From NCBI GenBank assembly GCA_965209055.1, contig OZ242374.1:3680001-3744000 (forward strand): DNA of 64,000 bases. The letters are read 5' to 3'. This document shows, one piece after another, positions 36,480-46,610 of the stretch (the first letter of the stretch is position 1; each line of letters begins with the position of its first letter). Under the pieces are notes generated by a model that saw nothing but the letters and a program-made list of their open reading frames with translations, did no database searches and was not told the DNA's origin. The translations under genes and the position numbers were made by a program. This stretch comes from Acidobacteriota bacterium. GTDB lineage: Bacteria; Acidobacteriota; UBA6911; RPQK01; JAJDTT01.

Positions 36480-39400
36480 ATGACGATGGAGTTGAATCTG
36501 TGTCTCCGAACGGCTGGACGTTTCGTGGCGGGAGCAATCCTCATCCCGCTCCTGGGATGCGGGGGTGAAGAGGATACGCGGGATCCGCTCCGGAAGATCC
36601 TGGACATCTCCCGTGACGAAGCGGCCCTGGCCGAGTATCTCCAGCCGATCCCGCCTAAGGAGCCGCAGGAAGCCCTGGAATCGTTCGAGGCCGTCGATGG
36701 ATTCCGCATGGAGATGGTGGCCCATGAGCCTCTCGTGAACGACCCGGTAGCGGCCGCATTCGACGAGAACGGCCGCCTCTACGTGGCCGAGATGCGGGAC
36801 TACCCGTACCAGCCGGGACCGGGCGAGAAGCCCATCGGAGTGGTCCGCCTGCTGGAGGACACCGACGGCGACGGCACGCTGGACCGGAGCCACATCTTTG
36901 CCGACGAGTTGTTGTGGCCCACCGGAGTGACGGTCTGGAACGGAGGGGTCTACGTCACCGCTCCTCCCGACATCTGGTACCTCAAGGACACCGACGGCGA
37001 CAACAAGGCCGACATCCGGAAGAAGGTCTACTCGGGCTTCGGACACCAGAACGAGCAGCAGATGATGAACAACATCATCATGGGAGTGGACCATTGGATC
37101 TATGGGATCGCCTCCGGAAACGCCGGCGAGATCCGGTCTCTGGAGAATCCGGACGCTCCTCCGGTCTCCCTGGGCGCCCGGGATTACCGTTTCGATCCCG
37201 TGAGCGGCCGGTTCGAGACCACCACCCAGACCTTCCAGTTCGGGCACGCCTTCGACGAATGGTTCAACCGCTTCGTCTGCAACCAGGGGATGCCGGGACG
37301 CCACGTGGTGTTGCCGGCCCGCTACCTGGAACGGAACCCCCACCTTTTCTACGATTTGCACCGGTGGCTGGGACCGGGCGCCAACCAGGTGAAGCCCCTG
37401 GTCCAGGGGCAGACCCGCCTCTACAAGATCAGCCCCGTGGAGCGCTGGCGCACCATTCGGCAGGCTCGGCGCATCTTCGCCGGGTCGTACTCCCGAAGCG
37501 CCGGCGTCGGCCACGACTACCTGACGGCCGGCTCGGGGGTGACCATGTACACGGGCCACGCCTACCCGGAGAAGTATCGCGGCAGCTACTTCATGGGCGC
37601 CAACACGGGCAACCTGATCCACCGCCGGGTTCTCATCGACGACGGAGTCAGCTTCCGCTCCGAGCGGGGGGAGGGGGAGAACTCGGAGTTCGTCCGTTCC
37701 ACCGACACCTGGTTCCGGCCGGTCAATGCGGTCAACGCGCCGGACGGAACCGTCTACTTTCTGGACATGTCCCGGGAGCTCATCGAGGCGACCCATGTCC
37801 CCGAACGCGTGATGAAGCACCTGGATTTCACCAGCGGAAGAGACCGGGGACGCATCTATCGCCTGGCGCCCCCGGGGTTCGTGTCGCCGCCTCCGCCCCG
37901 GTTGGGCGAGGCGACGATCGAGGAGTTGGTCTCCCATCTCGAGCACGACGGGGGCTGGTGGCGGGCGACGGCCCACCGGTTGATCCGCGAGCGGGAGGAC
38001 CGGTCGGCGGCGCCCCTCCTGCGGCGGCTTCTCAGAGAAAGTTCTCGTCCCCTGGCCCGGATGCATGCTCTCTGGTCCTTGCAGGGGCTCGGCTCACTCC
38101 GGGACCGGGATCTGCTGCGGGGTCTCGGGGATGCCGAAGCCGGGGTCCGGGTCCATGCCGTCCGACTGGCCGAATCCCGTTTGAATCGTTCCCGCGCCCT
38201 GTTCCGGAAGGTGTCGGATCTGGCCCAGGACCCAGAAATCCGGGTCCGGTTCCAGGTTGCCCTGAGTCTGGGCGAGGTGAGGGGGCAGCGGTCCCTTCCC
38301 GCACTGGTCCGGATCTCGCGGATGGATACCGGCGACTTCTGGGTCCGGAATGCCGTCCTGAGTTCCTGTGCCGATTTTCCCCACCAATTGTTCGCCCGGT
38401 TGGCGAACGAGGAAACGTTTCTCGCCCAACCCGAATCGGTCCAGTGGTTGTCCCGGCTCGCGCGGGCCGTGGGTGCCCGGAACCGCGCACGGGAGTTGAG
38501 GAGGGTCCTGGGCGCCTTGGCCGCCAATCCGGTGCTGGCCGCCAGACCGTCCGCACGGCAGGAGATCATCATCGGCATGGCCGAGGGACTGGCCCATTCA
38601 GGCGGCTCGCTTTTGGGTCTGCGAAGACTCCCCGCCTCTGCCCTTTCCATGATCACTGCCCACATGGAGCGCGCGGGCAAGATCGCCGCTGACGAGGCCG
38701 CTTCTTTGGAGGACCGGCTCCAATCCATCCGGCTGCTTCGCCATGATCGGCTGAATCGGGTGAAGCCCGCACTGGCCTCCCTGGTGGATCCCCTGCAGCC
38801 CCAGGATCTCCAAATCGCGGCGATCGACGCCTTGGCGGGCTTCGACAGCCCGGAAATACCCGGCATCCTCCTCAAGGACTGGATGACGCATTCTCCCCGA
38901 ACCCGGAGCAAGATCCTGGAGACCCTCTTCGCTCGACAGGAATGGACCGAGGGCCTGCTTCAGGCGGTCTCGGAGGAGTCGGTGGCAGCCAACCAGATCG
39001 ACGCCAAGCGCCGGGAGCTCCTCCTGAACCATGAAGACGAGTCCATCCGGGAGCAGGCGGTCCGGCTCCTGGGGTCCGAGCAACTGGAGTCTCGTCAGGA
39101 AGCGCTGGCCGATTTTCAGGCCAGCTTGTCCCTGACCGGCGACCACAAACGGGGCGAGGCCGTCTACCGGCGGGAATGCATCAAGTGCCACCGGCTCTCA
39201 TCCCGCGAACATCCCATCGGACCGAACCTGATCCGCGGCACGGAGAAGGACCCCGAGTCGCTCCTGGTGAACATCCTGGATCCCAACCGTTTCGTGGAGC
39301 CCCAATACCTGCAGTACGTGGCGACGGACCTGAAGGGCGGGCTCTACACCGGCCTGCTCCGGGATGAGACGGCGACGAGCGTGACGCTGGTGGAGGGGGA

Positions 39401-39653
39401 CGACCTGAGCAACACCCTGTTGCGGAAGAACATCAAGGAGATCCGGGCCACGACCAATTCCCTCATGCCCGAGGGTCTGGAAGAAAACATCAACCACCAG
39501 GAGATGGCCGACCTGATCACCTTCATCCTCAAGTATCAGTACGAGGTCGGCACGGAGAGCGCCGGCATCGGTTACGGGGAGGAGGTCTACGAGGAGATGA
39601 TGCTCCACCCGTCACTGAGGCCGGAGAATCAGGCTCAGCAGAAGGGGGATTAG
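36480..39653 (+). CDS. PVC-type heme-binding CxxCH protein (propeller + HEAT repeats + cytochrome c)
   Basis: LLEDTDGDG; WFRPV; RGRIYR; CIKCH; SLMPEGLE; lipoprotein-like LLGC. Confidence 0.9.
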   Translation: MTMELNLCLRTAGRFVAGAILIPLLGCGGEEDTRDPLRKILDISRDEAALAEYLQPIPPKEPQEALESFEAVDGFRMEMVAHEPLVNDPVAAAFDENGRLYVAEMRDYPYQPGPGEKPIGVVRLLEDTDGDGTLDRSHIFADELLWPTGVTVWNGGVYVTAPPDIWYLKDTDGDNKADIRKKVYSGFGHQNEQQMMNNIIMGVDHWIYGIASGNAGEIRSLENPDAPPVSLGARDYRFDPVSGRFETTTQTFQFGHAFDEWFNRFVCNQGMPGRHVVLPARYLERNPHLFYDLHRWLGPGANQVKPLVQGQTRLYKISPVERWRTIRQARRIFAGSYSRSAGVGHDYLTAGSGVTMYTGHAYPEKYRGSYFMGANTGNLIHRRVLIDDGVSFRSERGEGENSEFVRSTDTWFRPVNAVNAPDGTVYFLDMSRELIEATHVPERVMKHLDFTSGRDRGRIYRLAPPGFVSPPPPRLGEATIEELVSHLEHDGGWWRATAHRLIREREDRSAAPLLRRLLRESSRPLARMHALWSLQGLGSLRDRDLLRGLGDAEAGVRVHAVRLAESRLNRSRALFRKVSDLAQDPEIRVRFQVALSLGEVRGQRSLPALVRISRMDTGDFWVRNAVLSSCADFPHQLFARLANEETFLAQPESVQWLSRLARAVGARNRARELRRVLGALAANPVLAARPSARQEIIIGMAEGLAHSGGSLLGLRRLPASALSMITAHMERAGKIAADEAASLEDRLQSIRLLRHDRLNRVKPALASLVDPLQPQDLQIAAIDALAGFDSPEIPGILLKDWMTHSPRTRSKILETLFARQEWTEGLLQAVSEESVAANQIDAKRRELLLNHEDESIREQAVRLLGSEQLESRQEALADFQASLSLTGDHKRGEAVYRRECIKCHRLSSREHPIGPNLIRGTEKDPESLLVNILDPNRFVEPQYLQYVATDLKGGLYTGLLRDETATSVTLVEGDDLSNTLLRKNIKEIRATTNSLMPEGLEENINHQEMADLITFILKYQYEVGTESAGIGYGEEVYEEMMLHPSLRPENQAQQKGD

Positions 39654-39689
39654 CTGGTTTCAGTGTAGGTGTAGAAATGAATACGTGAG

Positions 39690-40259
39690 GTGAGCACGCT
39701 GTATCTTGATGGTATTCACAGCATCACAACTATCGTATTCATAGTCGATATTATCGCACTGTTTCTGCTGCTGGTCGGAATCGTCTGGTCTGTGGTTTGG
39801 CCCGACCGCCGGATCTGGCCTCCGCCGGGACGCTGGTCCTGGCAGTATGTCCTGACTTGGATCTGCTACTGCGCGGTCTCAGGGTGCAACTTGGCCCTGC
39901 TGCTTCTTGACTGGAATTCCTGGATCTTTGCGGGCGATCTCCGGTTCCTGGTCGGCATCCCTCTGGCTTTGCTGTTAGGACTGCTGGCGTTCTGGGGAGT
40001 CGTCACCATCGGCTGGAAGAACTCGTCGGGTGTGAGGCACGGCTTCATTTCCTTCGGACCCTACCGGTTTACCCGAAACCCGCAATACCTCGGCGACAAG
40101 GTGTTCTTCCAGCGCCTGAGCATCGTCGCCAACTCGGAACTTCTGTGGATCACTCATGCGCTGCTCGCCCTGGTGTTCATCATCGCGCCCCTGAGTGAGG
40201 AGGTGTGGCTGAAGGAGGAATACGAGCGGTATCGGCGAAACACGCCGCGATTCTTGTGA
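39690..40259 (+). CDS. PEMT/isoprenylcysteine carboxylmethyltransferase family membrane protein
   Basis: GPYRFTRNPQYLG; EE..L...Y..Y....PRF. Confidence 0.75.
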   Translation: MSTLYLDGIHSITTIVFIVDIIALFLLLVGIVWSVVWPDRRIWPPPGRWSWQYVLTWICYCAVSGCNLALLLLDWNSWIFAGDLRFLVGIPLALLLGLLAFWGVVTIGWKNSSGVRHGFISFGPYRFTRNPQYLGDKVFFQRLSIVANSELLWITHALLALVFIIAPLSEEVWLKEEYERYRRNTPRFL

Positions 40260-40350
40260 GCTCGGCTGCGTCCGGTTCTTTTGGGATGACCAGGTAGGCC
40301 CAGGTTAGCTGGCTAGAGGCCGCGCGAGGAGGCCGCGAGGAGGCCGCGGT

Positions 40351-40366
40351 AGGGGACAGTCACCTC
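40351..40366 (+). repeat. Dispersed motif AGGGGACAGTCACCTC, copy 1
   Basis: Recurs at 41175-41190, as reverse complement at 50781 and 50806, and as a variant at 42616. Confidence 0.7.
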
Positions 40367-40422
40367 TTCTCAGCACCTCCTCTCTCGCGCTTCTTGTTAT
40401 CATGATCTGATAACATCAGTCG

Positions 40423-40785
40423 ATGACGACGCCGGACCGAGACCCCGGACTGGACACGCTGCTCGACCTTCACGGCGAGACGCTGTTTGTGAACGACACG
40501 GGGCATTGGGTGAAGTTCGTTGTAATACGGACCGAAGTAACACCCGAACGACCACACGGCCTCCGCTACTCGTTAACGCTGCACGCGCCGGATGGCGCCA
40601 GATTGGTTGGATTCGACAATGCACATCCGGTTAGGGAGCGGCCAGGCCCGGGCAGGCGTCGACGGACAGAGCGCGACCATCGGCATCGGCTGCGGAAGAT
40701 CCGGTCCTATGCATACAGAGACGCGGCAACTCTCCTGGAGGATTTCTGGAAAGAAGTGGACCAAGTTCTTGGAGAAGGAGGCTAG
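40423..40785 (+). CDS. DUF6516/TumE-family toxin
   Basis: RPHGLRYSLTL...RLVGFDNAH...DHRH...LLEDFW. Confidence 0.8.
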   Translation: MTTPDRDPGLDTLLDLHGETLFVNDTGHWVKFVVIRTEVTPERPHGLRYSLTLHAPDGARLVGFDNAHPVRERPGPGRRRRTERDHRHRLRKIRSYAYRDAATLLEDFWKEVDQVLGEGG

Positions 40786-40790
40786 ATTCC

Positions 40791-41159
40791 ATGAAGACAC
40801 TGAAGATCGGGATCGCCGGCTACGACCAGATGAAGGCGCGCACCCTGGCGATTGCTCGCGGCGACCACACGCCCGCGAAGGGTGAGCCGAAGGTGTGGTT
40901 CACCTCGATCGAGAGCTTTGCGAAGTTGCTTTCCGAGCACAACCGGCATCTTCTGGAGTTGATTGCCCGTGAGAAACCGCGTTCGCTCACGGAACTCGCT
41001 GAGATAGCCGGGCGAAGCAAGTCGAACCTTTCTCGGACCCTGAAGATGATGTCTCAATACGGGCTCGTGGAATTGAGACACGGAGAACGTGGGAGGCTGG
41101 TACCTCGGGTGCCATACGACCACGTGAGGCTCGATGTCTCGTTGACTTCCACGCGGTGA
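40791..41159 (+). CDS. HTH antitoxin (HVO_A0114/TumA-like)
   Basis: WFTSIESFAKLLS; SLTELAEIAGRSKSNLSRTL; directly downstream of the toxin. Confidence 0.8.
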   Translation: MKTLKIGIAGYDQMKARTLAIARGDHTPAKGEPKVWFTSIESFAKLLSEHNRHLLELIAREKPRSLTELAEIAGRSKSNLSRTLKMMSQYGLVELRHGERGRLVPRVPYDHVRLDVSLTSTR

Positions 41160-41174
41160 AGCACGCGCGCGCGG

Positions 41175-41190
41175 AAGGGACAGTCACCTC
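41175..41190 (+). repeat. Dispersed motif AAGGGACAGTCACCTC, copy 2
   Basis: Direct repeat of 40351-40366, bracketing the TA pair. Confidence 0.7.
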
Positions 41191-41253
41191 CATCTAGTGT
41201 CACCTCCGTCTCGCCGCGCGAGTTCCCAAAGCTGCCGCGGCCACCGGTAACGG

Positions 41254-42483
41254 CTAGCTGATGGGTCCGAAATCGGGAACCTTCAGCCAGTCTCCACCCT
41301 TCAGAGCTGATTGGAAGCCGACGATTCCGGGCGCCGTATAGGCCAGGGCCTGATGGACATCGACCGACGGGGGGCGCTGCTCCAGACAGGCCGAGACGAA
41401 CTCATGAATGATGAAGGGATGGGAGCCTCCGTGCCCCTCAACGTTCCGCAGTGACGGCGGCAGCTCTGCCGAGTGGTCCGCCTGCAACAGTTCGGGTTCC
41501 GAATCGGGAAGGGTCACGTAAGCGGAGGGGCGCATGCCCTTCCACCTCTCGAACAACGACATTTCGGTCCCAAAATAGTCCGCTCCTTCACGGCCGGGAG
41601 CTGCACTCCACCAGTGGATGTTGATTCGGGAGGAGTTTCCACCCGAGGTTTTGAAGAAGAAGGTGGTGTTTATGAACGGGTTACCGTACCGGTTCTCCTT
41701 GTAGAACGGGTGGTCCAGCGGCGTTCCGACCGCCGCGACTTCAACCAGGCTCTCGCCGGTCACATAGATGACCGGACCGCTGGCGTGGGTGATATAGAGG
41801 CCTTGGGCGTTGCCATACCGCCAGGTCCGCCTGCCCTCGTGAAAGTACATCCGGTCCAGGTACTCCGGCATCTCCCCCTTCGCCAGGTAGGTGCCGTGGT
41901 CATGGATGTAATCTCCCTGGGTGAAGTAGATTCTCCCGAACTTGCCTTCCTGTCTCAGTCTGCGGGCCGTCATGGTAGCTGGATGAAAGCAACTGGTTTC
42001 GGCCATCATGTAGATCTGACCGGTTTTTTTGACGGCCTCCAGAAGCTGCTGGCACTGTTCCAGGCTGATGGCGGCCGGAACCGCACAGATGACATGCCGG
42101 CCGGACTCCATGACCTCCACGCAGTGGGGAACGTGACGGGGCGCCCCGGTGAAGATGGCAACGGCATCCACTGTGGGGTCCTTGAGCAGGGCGCGGAAGT
42201 CGGCATGGGCATTGGAGCACGCGAACCGCTCTTCCAGCCTTTTTCGGCGGTCCTCCCTGAGATCGGCGACCGCGGTCACCTTGCAGTTGGGATGCCGATG
42301 CCAGGGAAACGCGGCGCCGAATCCGCCGCCCACCACACCGATCCGCAACTGCTTGCCGGCATCGATCGGCCTGTATCGTTGTCCGAATAGCGAAGCCGTC
42401 AATGCAGTCGTACCGGCTGCCTTCGCACTTTGAAAAAACACTCGGCGGCTGATGGACGGGGATTCCGCCTCATATCTCACCAT
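41254..42483 (-). CDS. Gfo/Idh/MocA oxidoreductase
   Basis: SRRVFF Tat-like signal; IGVVGGGFG; CAVPAA; YMMAET; GHGGSH. Confidence 0.85.
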   Translation of the reverse strand: MVRYEAESPSISRRVFFQSAKAAGTTALTASLFGQRYRPIDAGKQLRIGVVGGGFGAAFPWHRHPNCKVTAVADLREDRRKRLEERFACSNAHADFRALLKDPTVDAVAIFTGAPRHVPHCVEVMESGRHVICAVPAAISLEQCQQLLEAVKKTGQIYMMAETSCFHPATMTARRLRQEGKFGRIYFTQGDYIHDHGTYLAKGEMPEYLDRMYFHEGRRTWRYGNAQGLYITHASGPVIYVTGESLVEVAAVGTPLDHPFYKENRYGNPFINTTFFFKTSGGNSSRINIHWWSAAPGREGADYFGTEMSLFERWKGMRPSAYVTLPDSEPELLQADHSAELPPSLRNVEGHGGSHPFIIHEFVSACLEQRPPSVDVHQALAYTAPGIVGFQSALKGGDWLKVPDFGPIS

Positions 42484-42661
42484 GATGGCCGTCCTTTCCG
42501 GGGGTTGGGTATCGGGTGGATCGTAGAGGACACTGAATCGGGCGGTCAAGGCGGGGTGAATCCGGTTTGAATGGGTTAAAGACACTTGGCGGTGTGGAGA
42601 TGGGGACAGGTGGAGAAGGGGACAGGCGCCTCCCCGGAGTCGGTTACCTCCCCGCCGGTGT

Positions 42662-43819
42662 CTAACCGCTCGCTACAGACTCCAGGAACTCCCGGGCGAT
42701 TTCCTCGTAACGGTGCGGGTCCATGTTCCAGGTCCTCCCGTGGGTGGCGCCGGGGACCTTCACGCACCGGACCAGATCCGGGCGGGACCGGGCGAGCAGT
42801 CGGCTGGTTCGGAGTGGAACGAGGGTGTCCGCGTCTCCATGGAAAACCAACGTGGGAGCATGCAGGTGTCCCGTGTCGCGGAGGTAGTTCAACTTCCTCC
42901 ACGGAATCCCGAAACGCGCTCGAGCCAGGGTCTTCGCCGGGTGGTAGAAGATTCCGGGATACCCTTGGTTGCGGGCGGCGAATTTCAAGGTGGCTTCCAG
43001 GTCCAGGACCGGCGAGTCCAGAATGACTCCACGGACGGATCGTGCCAAATCAGATTGCCGCAGGAAGCTCATGACCACGCACCCGCCCATGCTGTAACCG
43101 GCCAGGATTAGCTTTTCGGCCCCGGACTCCAAGGCATGGCGGGCGGCTCCTTCCAGATCCTCCCACTCCGTGAGTCCGTACCAGTGGAGACCGTCCGGGG
43201 CGGGCTCGGCCTCCGGATCGTTTCGATACGAGATGACCAGGCCGGGAAATCCCAGGTCCGCCGCCACCTTCAGCAGGGGGTAGGAACGGAGAGCGCCGCT
43301 GGGCGGCGCGGCCCGCTTTCCGTGGACGAAGATGACCCAGGTGGAGCGGGAACCGGGGACCAACCAGGCGGGGAATCGGCCGAGTGGAGAGTGGAATTGC
43401 AGCGGTTGGACCGGAAACCCGAACGCATCGCCCGGGTCGTCGGGAAAGGCGAAACCGGTGAGCCTCACGCGGGTGCCGGGCGCCAGATCTCCATGCAGAA
43501 GACGGAGGCGTCGAGTGACCTGCCGATTCCTCAGATTCAGGATCCTTCCGGCTTGGGCGTAACCTCCCGGCCAACGCAGACCCCAGAGGCCCTCCTGACG
43601 CCAGCGGCGGCTCCGGCCTGTCTCCGGCAGGACTCCCAAAGTCACGCGATCCGACTCGACCTCCAACACCTCGAGGGGGCGCGCGCCGCCCCGGGCCGCC
43701 GGCTCCAGGACCCGGCGGCGGATCCGGTTGGAAAGGTGCCATGCTCCGGCCAGCCAGACCGCGGCCAGGATGACTCCAATGACGGCCGGCCACGCCGCGT
43801 CGGTCAGTGGGGTGTCCAT
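42662..43819 (-). CDS. Alpha/beta hydrolase with N-terminal TM segment
   Basis: FVHG; GYSMGG; FHGDADTLVP; GATH. Confidence 0.85.
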   Translation of the reverse strand: MDTPLTDAAWPAVIGVILAAVWLAGAWHLSNRIRRRVLEPAARGGARPLEVLEVESDRVTLGVLPETGRSRRWRQEGLWGLRWPGGYAQAGRILNLRNRQVTRRLRLLHGDLAPGTRVRLTGFAFPDDPGDAFGFPVQPLQFHSPLGRFPAWLVPGSRSTWVIFVHGKRAAPPSGALRSYPLLKVAADLGFPGLVISYRNDPEAEPAPDGLHWYGLTEWEDLEGAARHALESGAEKLILAGYSMGGCVVMSFLRQSDLARSVRGVILDSPVLDLEATLKFAARNQGYPGIFYHPAKTLARARFGIPWRKLNYLRDTGHLHAPTLVFHGDADTLVPLRTSRLLARSRPDLVRCVKVPGATHGRTWNMDPHRYEEIAREFLESVASG

Positions 43820-43872
43820 CCGTTTCGATGGGTCGGAAGGGGGCCGGGAACTGCGTCCCGCGTCACCGGGCG

Positions 43873-44334
43873 TTACTCCGCCAGTTCCCGGTTCAGCATC
43901 TTGCGGTGTTTGGCGGACAGGGTTCGGCGCCGGCGGCGGTTCTTCGGCCCCGGATCGGGCTCTTTCCGGCTTTTGAGGAAGACGGCGACCAACACGCCTC
44001 CGCCGGTCAGGACGACGAAGGGGAGGACCCAGGCCACAAGGTTGAATCCTTCGGGCTTGGGAGCGCCATAGATTCTGGGACCGTATTCTTTTTCGTACTC
44101 GGCAAAGACCTGCGCCTCCGTCATCCCGTTGGCCAACAGTTGCAGGATGTGGGCTCTGATCTGTGGAGCGTGGCCGCATTCGTCTCCGCAATCCTGTACC
44201 AGCTTCGGGCATTCACAGAGGCACTTCATGTTCGCCTCGATCCGCTTCAGGGTTTCCTTGTCGGAGCCCAGCGTACCTGAGACGGAAAGGGCAAGGACGG
44301 CGGGGAAAAGGAACACGGCGAACATCGATATCAT
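43873..44334 (-). CDS. Cytochrome c biogenesis CcmH/NrfF-like protein
   Basis: CLCEC...C; YGPRIYGAP; NLVAWVLP plus TM segment. Confidence 0.75.
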   Translation of the reverse strand: MISMFAVFLFPAVLALSVSGTLGSDKETLKRIEANMKCLCECPKLVQDCGDECGHAPQIRAHILQLLANGMTEAQVFAEYEKEYGPRIYGAPKPEGFNLVAWVLPFVVLTGGGVLVAVFLKSRKEPDPGPKNRRRRRTLSAKHRKMLNRELAE

Positions 44335-44433
44335 TGTATACCACGGGTTCACGAACTGCTCTCCCACCTGTGTCCAACACCATCGCCGACTTGCGCCCGC
44401 CGGCCGGTTCCGCCATCTTGGCGGCTGACGACC

Positions 44434-45387
44434 ATGCCGCGAACCGTGACCGTTGCCGCTGCCCAGTCCGGACCCGTCTCCCGCTCCGAGAGCCGGAAAG
44501 ACGTCGTCGAACGGCTGCACTCTCAGATGCGGGAGGCCACCCGCCTCGGATGCGACGTGGTGGTCTTCACCGAGGTGGCCCTGACGGCATTCTTCCCCCA
44601 CTGGTACATGGAAGACCAGGACGAGATCGACGCCTGGTTCGAGCGGGAAATGCCGGGGCCGGAGACGCAAAAGCTGTTCGACGAGGCCGTCCGGCTCGGA
44701 ATCGGGTTCCACCTGGGCTACGCGGAGTTGACCCAGGAGGAAGGGCGAGACCGCCGCTACAACACCTCGATCCTGGTGGGCAAGGACGGCCGGATCATCG
44801 GCAAGTACCGGAAGATCCACCTGCCGGGAAACGCCGAATTCCAACCCGGGGACCGCTACCAGAACCTGGAGAAATACTACTTCGATCGGGGCAACCTGGG
44901 GTTTCGGACCTGGCGGGCCTTCGGCGGGGTGGTGGGCCTGTGCACCTGCTACGATCGCCGGTGGCCCGAGACCTACCGGGTGCTGGCGCTGCGTGGCGCC
45001 GAGCTGATTCTGTTGGGATACAACACCCCGGACTCCTGGCCCGACCGTCCCGGCAAGGCGCCGCTGGCCCGGTTCCACAACCTGCTCTGCATGCAGGCGG
45101 GCGCCTACCAGAACGGCGCCTGGGTGGTGGGAGTCGCCAAGGCCGGCGTCGAAGCGGGGGTGAGCCAGATCGGCCAGAGCTGCATCATCTCGCCTGAGGG
45201 GGAGATCGTGGCCATGGCCACCACCCAGAAGGACGAACTGGTGGTGGCCGAATGCGATCTGGACCAGACCGTGAGGTACCGAAAACACGCTCTCAACTTC
45301 GAGCAGAACCGGAGCATCCGGGACTATCGCCCCATCACCGAGAGAGCGGGAGCCGTATCTCCGGGTGACTCCCTCGACACGCCCTGA
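44434..45387 (+). CDS. N-carbamoyl-D-amino acid hydrolase (nitrilase family)
   Basis: FTEVALTAFFP; YRKIHLPG; CYDRRWPETYR; GYNTP; AGAYQN. Confidence 0.9.
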   Translation: MPRTVTVAAAQSGPVSRSESRKDVVERLHSQMREATRLGCDVVVFTEVALTAFFPHWYMEDQDEIDAWFEREMPGPETQKLFDEAVRLGIGFHLGYAELTQEEGRDRRYNTSILVGKDGRIIGKYRKIHLPGNAEFQPGDRYQNLEKYYFDRGNLGFRTWRAFGGVVGLCTCYDRRWPETYRVLALRGAELILLGYNTPDSWPDRPGKAPLARFHNLLCMQAGAYQNGAWVVGVAKAGVEAGVSQIGQSCIISPEGEIVAMATTQKDELVVAECDLDQTVRYRKHALNFEQNRSIRDYRPITERAGAVSPGDSLDTP

Positions 45388-45424
45388 TGCCGGATCTGTC
45401 CTTCCGCACTGCGGAGACGACACC

Positions 45425-46528
45425 ATGAGCCCAATCCTGTTCCTGTTCTGGGGACTCTTCCTGGTCCCGGCCGAACCCGCCGCCGCGGCAAGTTCCAAAC
45501 AGGTCCGCCTGGACCGAAACGAGCTGCTCCAATACCGGGACGCCCAGGGAGTCATTCGGACAGTCGAAACCCCGGAGGATTGGGAACTTCGGCGAGCCGA
45601 GATCGTGCGGGGGATGCAGGCGGTGATGGGAAAGATGCCCGGCGAGAGTCGGCGGGTCCCCCTGGAACCCCGGGTCGAGGAGGAGGTGGATCGCGGGACC
45701 TACGTCCGGCGGCTCATCACCTACCGGTCCGAACCGGAGTCGCGCACTCCGGCCTACCTCTGCATTCCCAAGGAGGTGCTGGCGGGAAAGGGGTGGGCTC
45801 CGGCGGTGCTCTGTCTGCACGGGACCAACATGGAAGTGGGACACAAGGTGGTCGTCGAACCGGGATCCCGGCGGGGACGCGCCTATGCCAGGGAACTGGC
45901 CGAGCGGGGCTACGTCACCCTTTCGCCCGCCTATCCTCATATGGCCAACTACTGGCCGAATCTGGGAGCCCTCGGTTACGTGAGCGGCACCATGAAGGCG
46001 ATCTGGGACAATTCCCGCGGCCTGGACCTGCTGGCCTCCTTGCCCTATGTGGACTCCTCCCGGGGCTTCGCCGCCATCGGACAGTCGTTGGGAGGGCACA
46101 ACGCCATCTATACGGCGGTGTTCGACAAGCGCATCCAGGCCGTGGTCAGCAGTTGCGGGTTCGACTCCTACCTGGACTATTACGGCGGGGACCCGGCACG
46201 CTGGTACTTCGGGAAGGGCTGGTGCCAGATCCGGTACATGCCCGGGCTGTCCAACTACCGGGGACGCCTGGAGGAGATCCCCTTCGACTTCCACGAGTTG
46301 CTGGGCGCCCTGGCTCCCCGTCCCATCTTCGTCAATGCCCCGCTTGGAGACGGCAATTTCCAATGGCGAAGCGTCGACCGTTGCGTCGCCGCGGCGAAGC
46401 CGGTCTACCGCCTCCTGGGCGATGAGAAGAACCTCATCGTCCGGCATCCCGACACCGGACACGAATTCCCGGACCAGGTCCGGCACGAAGCCTTCCGGTT
46501 TATCGATTCGGTGTTGAAGGGCAAATAG
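45425..46528 (+). CDS. Secreted alpha/beta hydrolase (dienelactone hydrolase-like)
   Basis: Signal peptide; AVLCLHG; GQSLGG; ALAPRP; GHEFP. Confidence 0.85.
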   Translation: MSPILFLFWGLFLVPAEPAAAASSKQVRLDRNELLQYRDAQGVIRTVETPEDWELRRAEIVRGMQAVMGKMPGESRRVPLEPRVEEEVDRGTYVRRLITYRSEPESRTPAYLCIPKEVLAGKGWAPAVLCLHGTNMEVGHKVVVEPGSRRGRAYARELAERGYVTLSPAYPHMANYWPNLGALGYVSGTMKAIWDNSRGLDLLASLPYVDSSRGFAAIGQSLGGHNAIYTAVFDKRIQAVVSSCGFDSYLDYYGGDPARWYFGKGWCQIRYMPGLSNYRGRLEEIPFDFHELLGALAPRPIFVNAPLGDGNFQWRSVDRCVAAAKPVYRLLGDEKNLIVRHPDTGHEFPDQVRHEAFRFIDSVLKGK

Positions 46529-46610
46529 ACGAGGTTGCCGCCACCGCTGGCCGGCGGTCTCCACATCATCCCGGTGTCCACGAGGAATGTGGGCAGGGAC
46601 CGGCCCACCC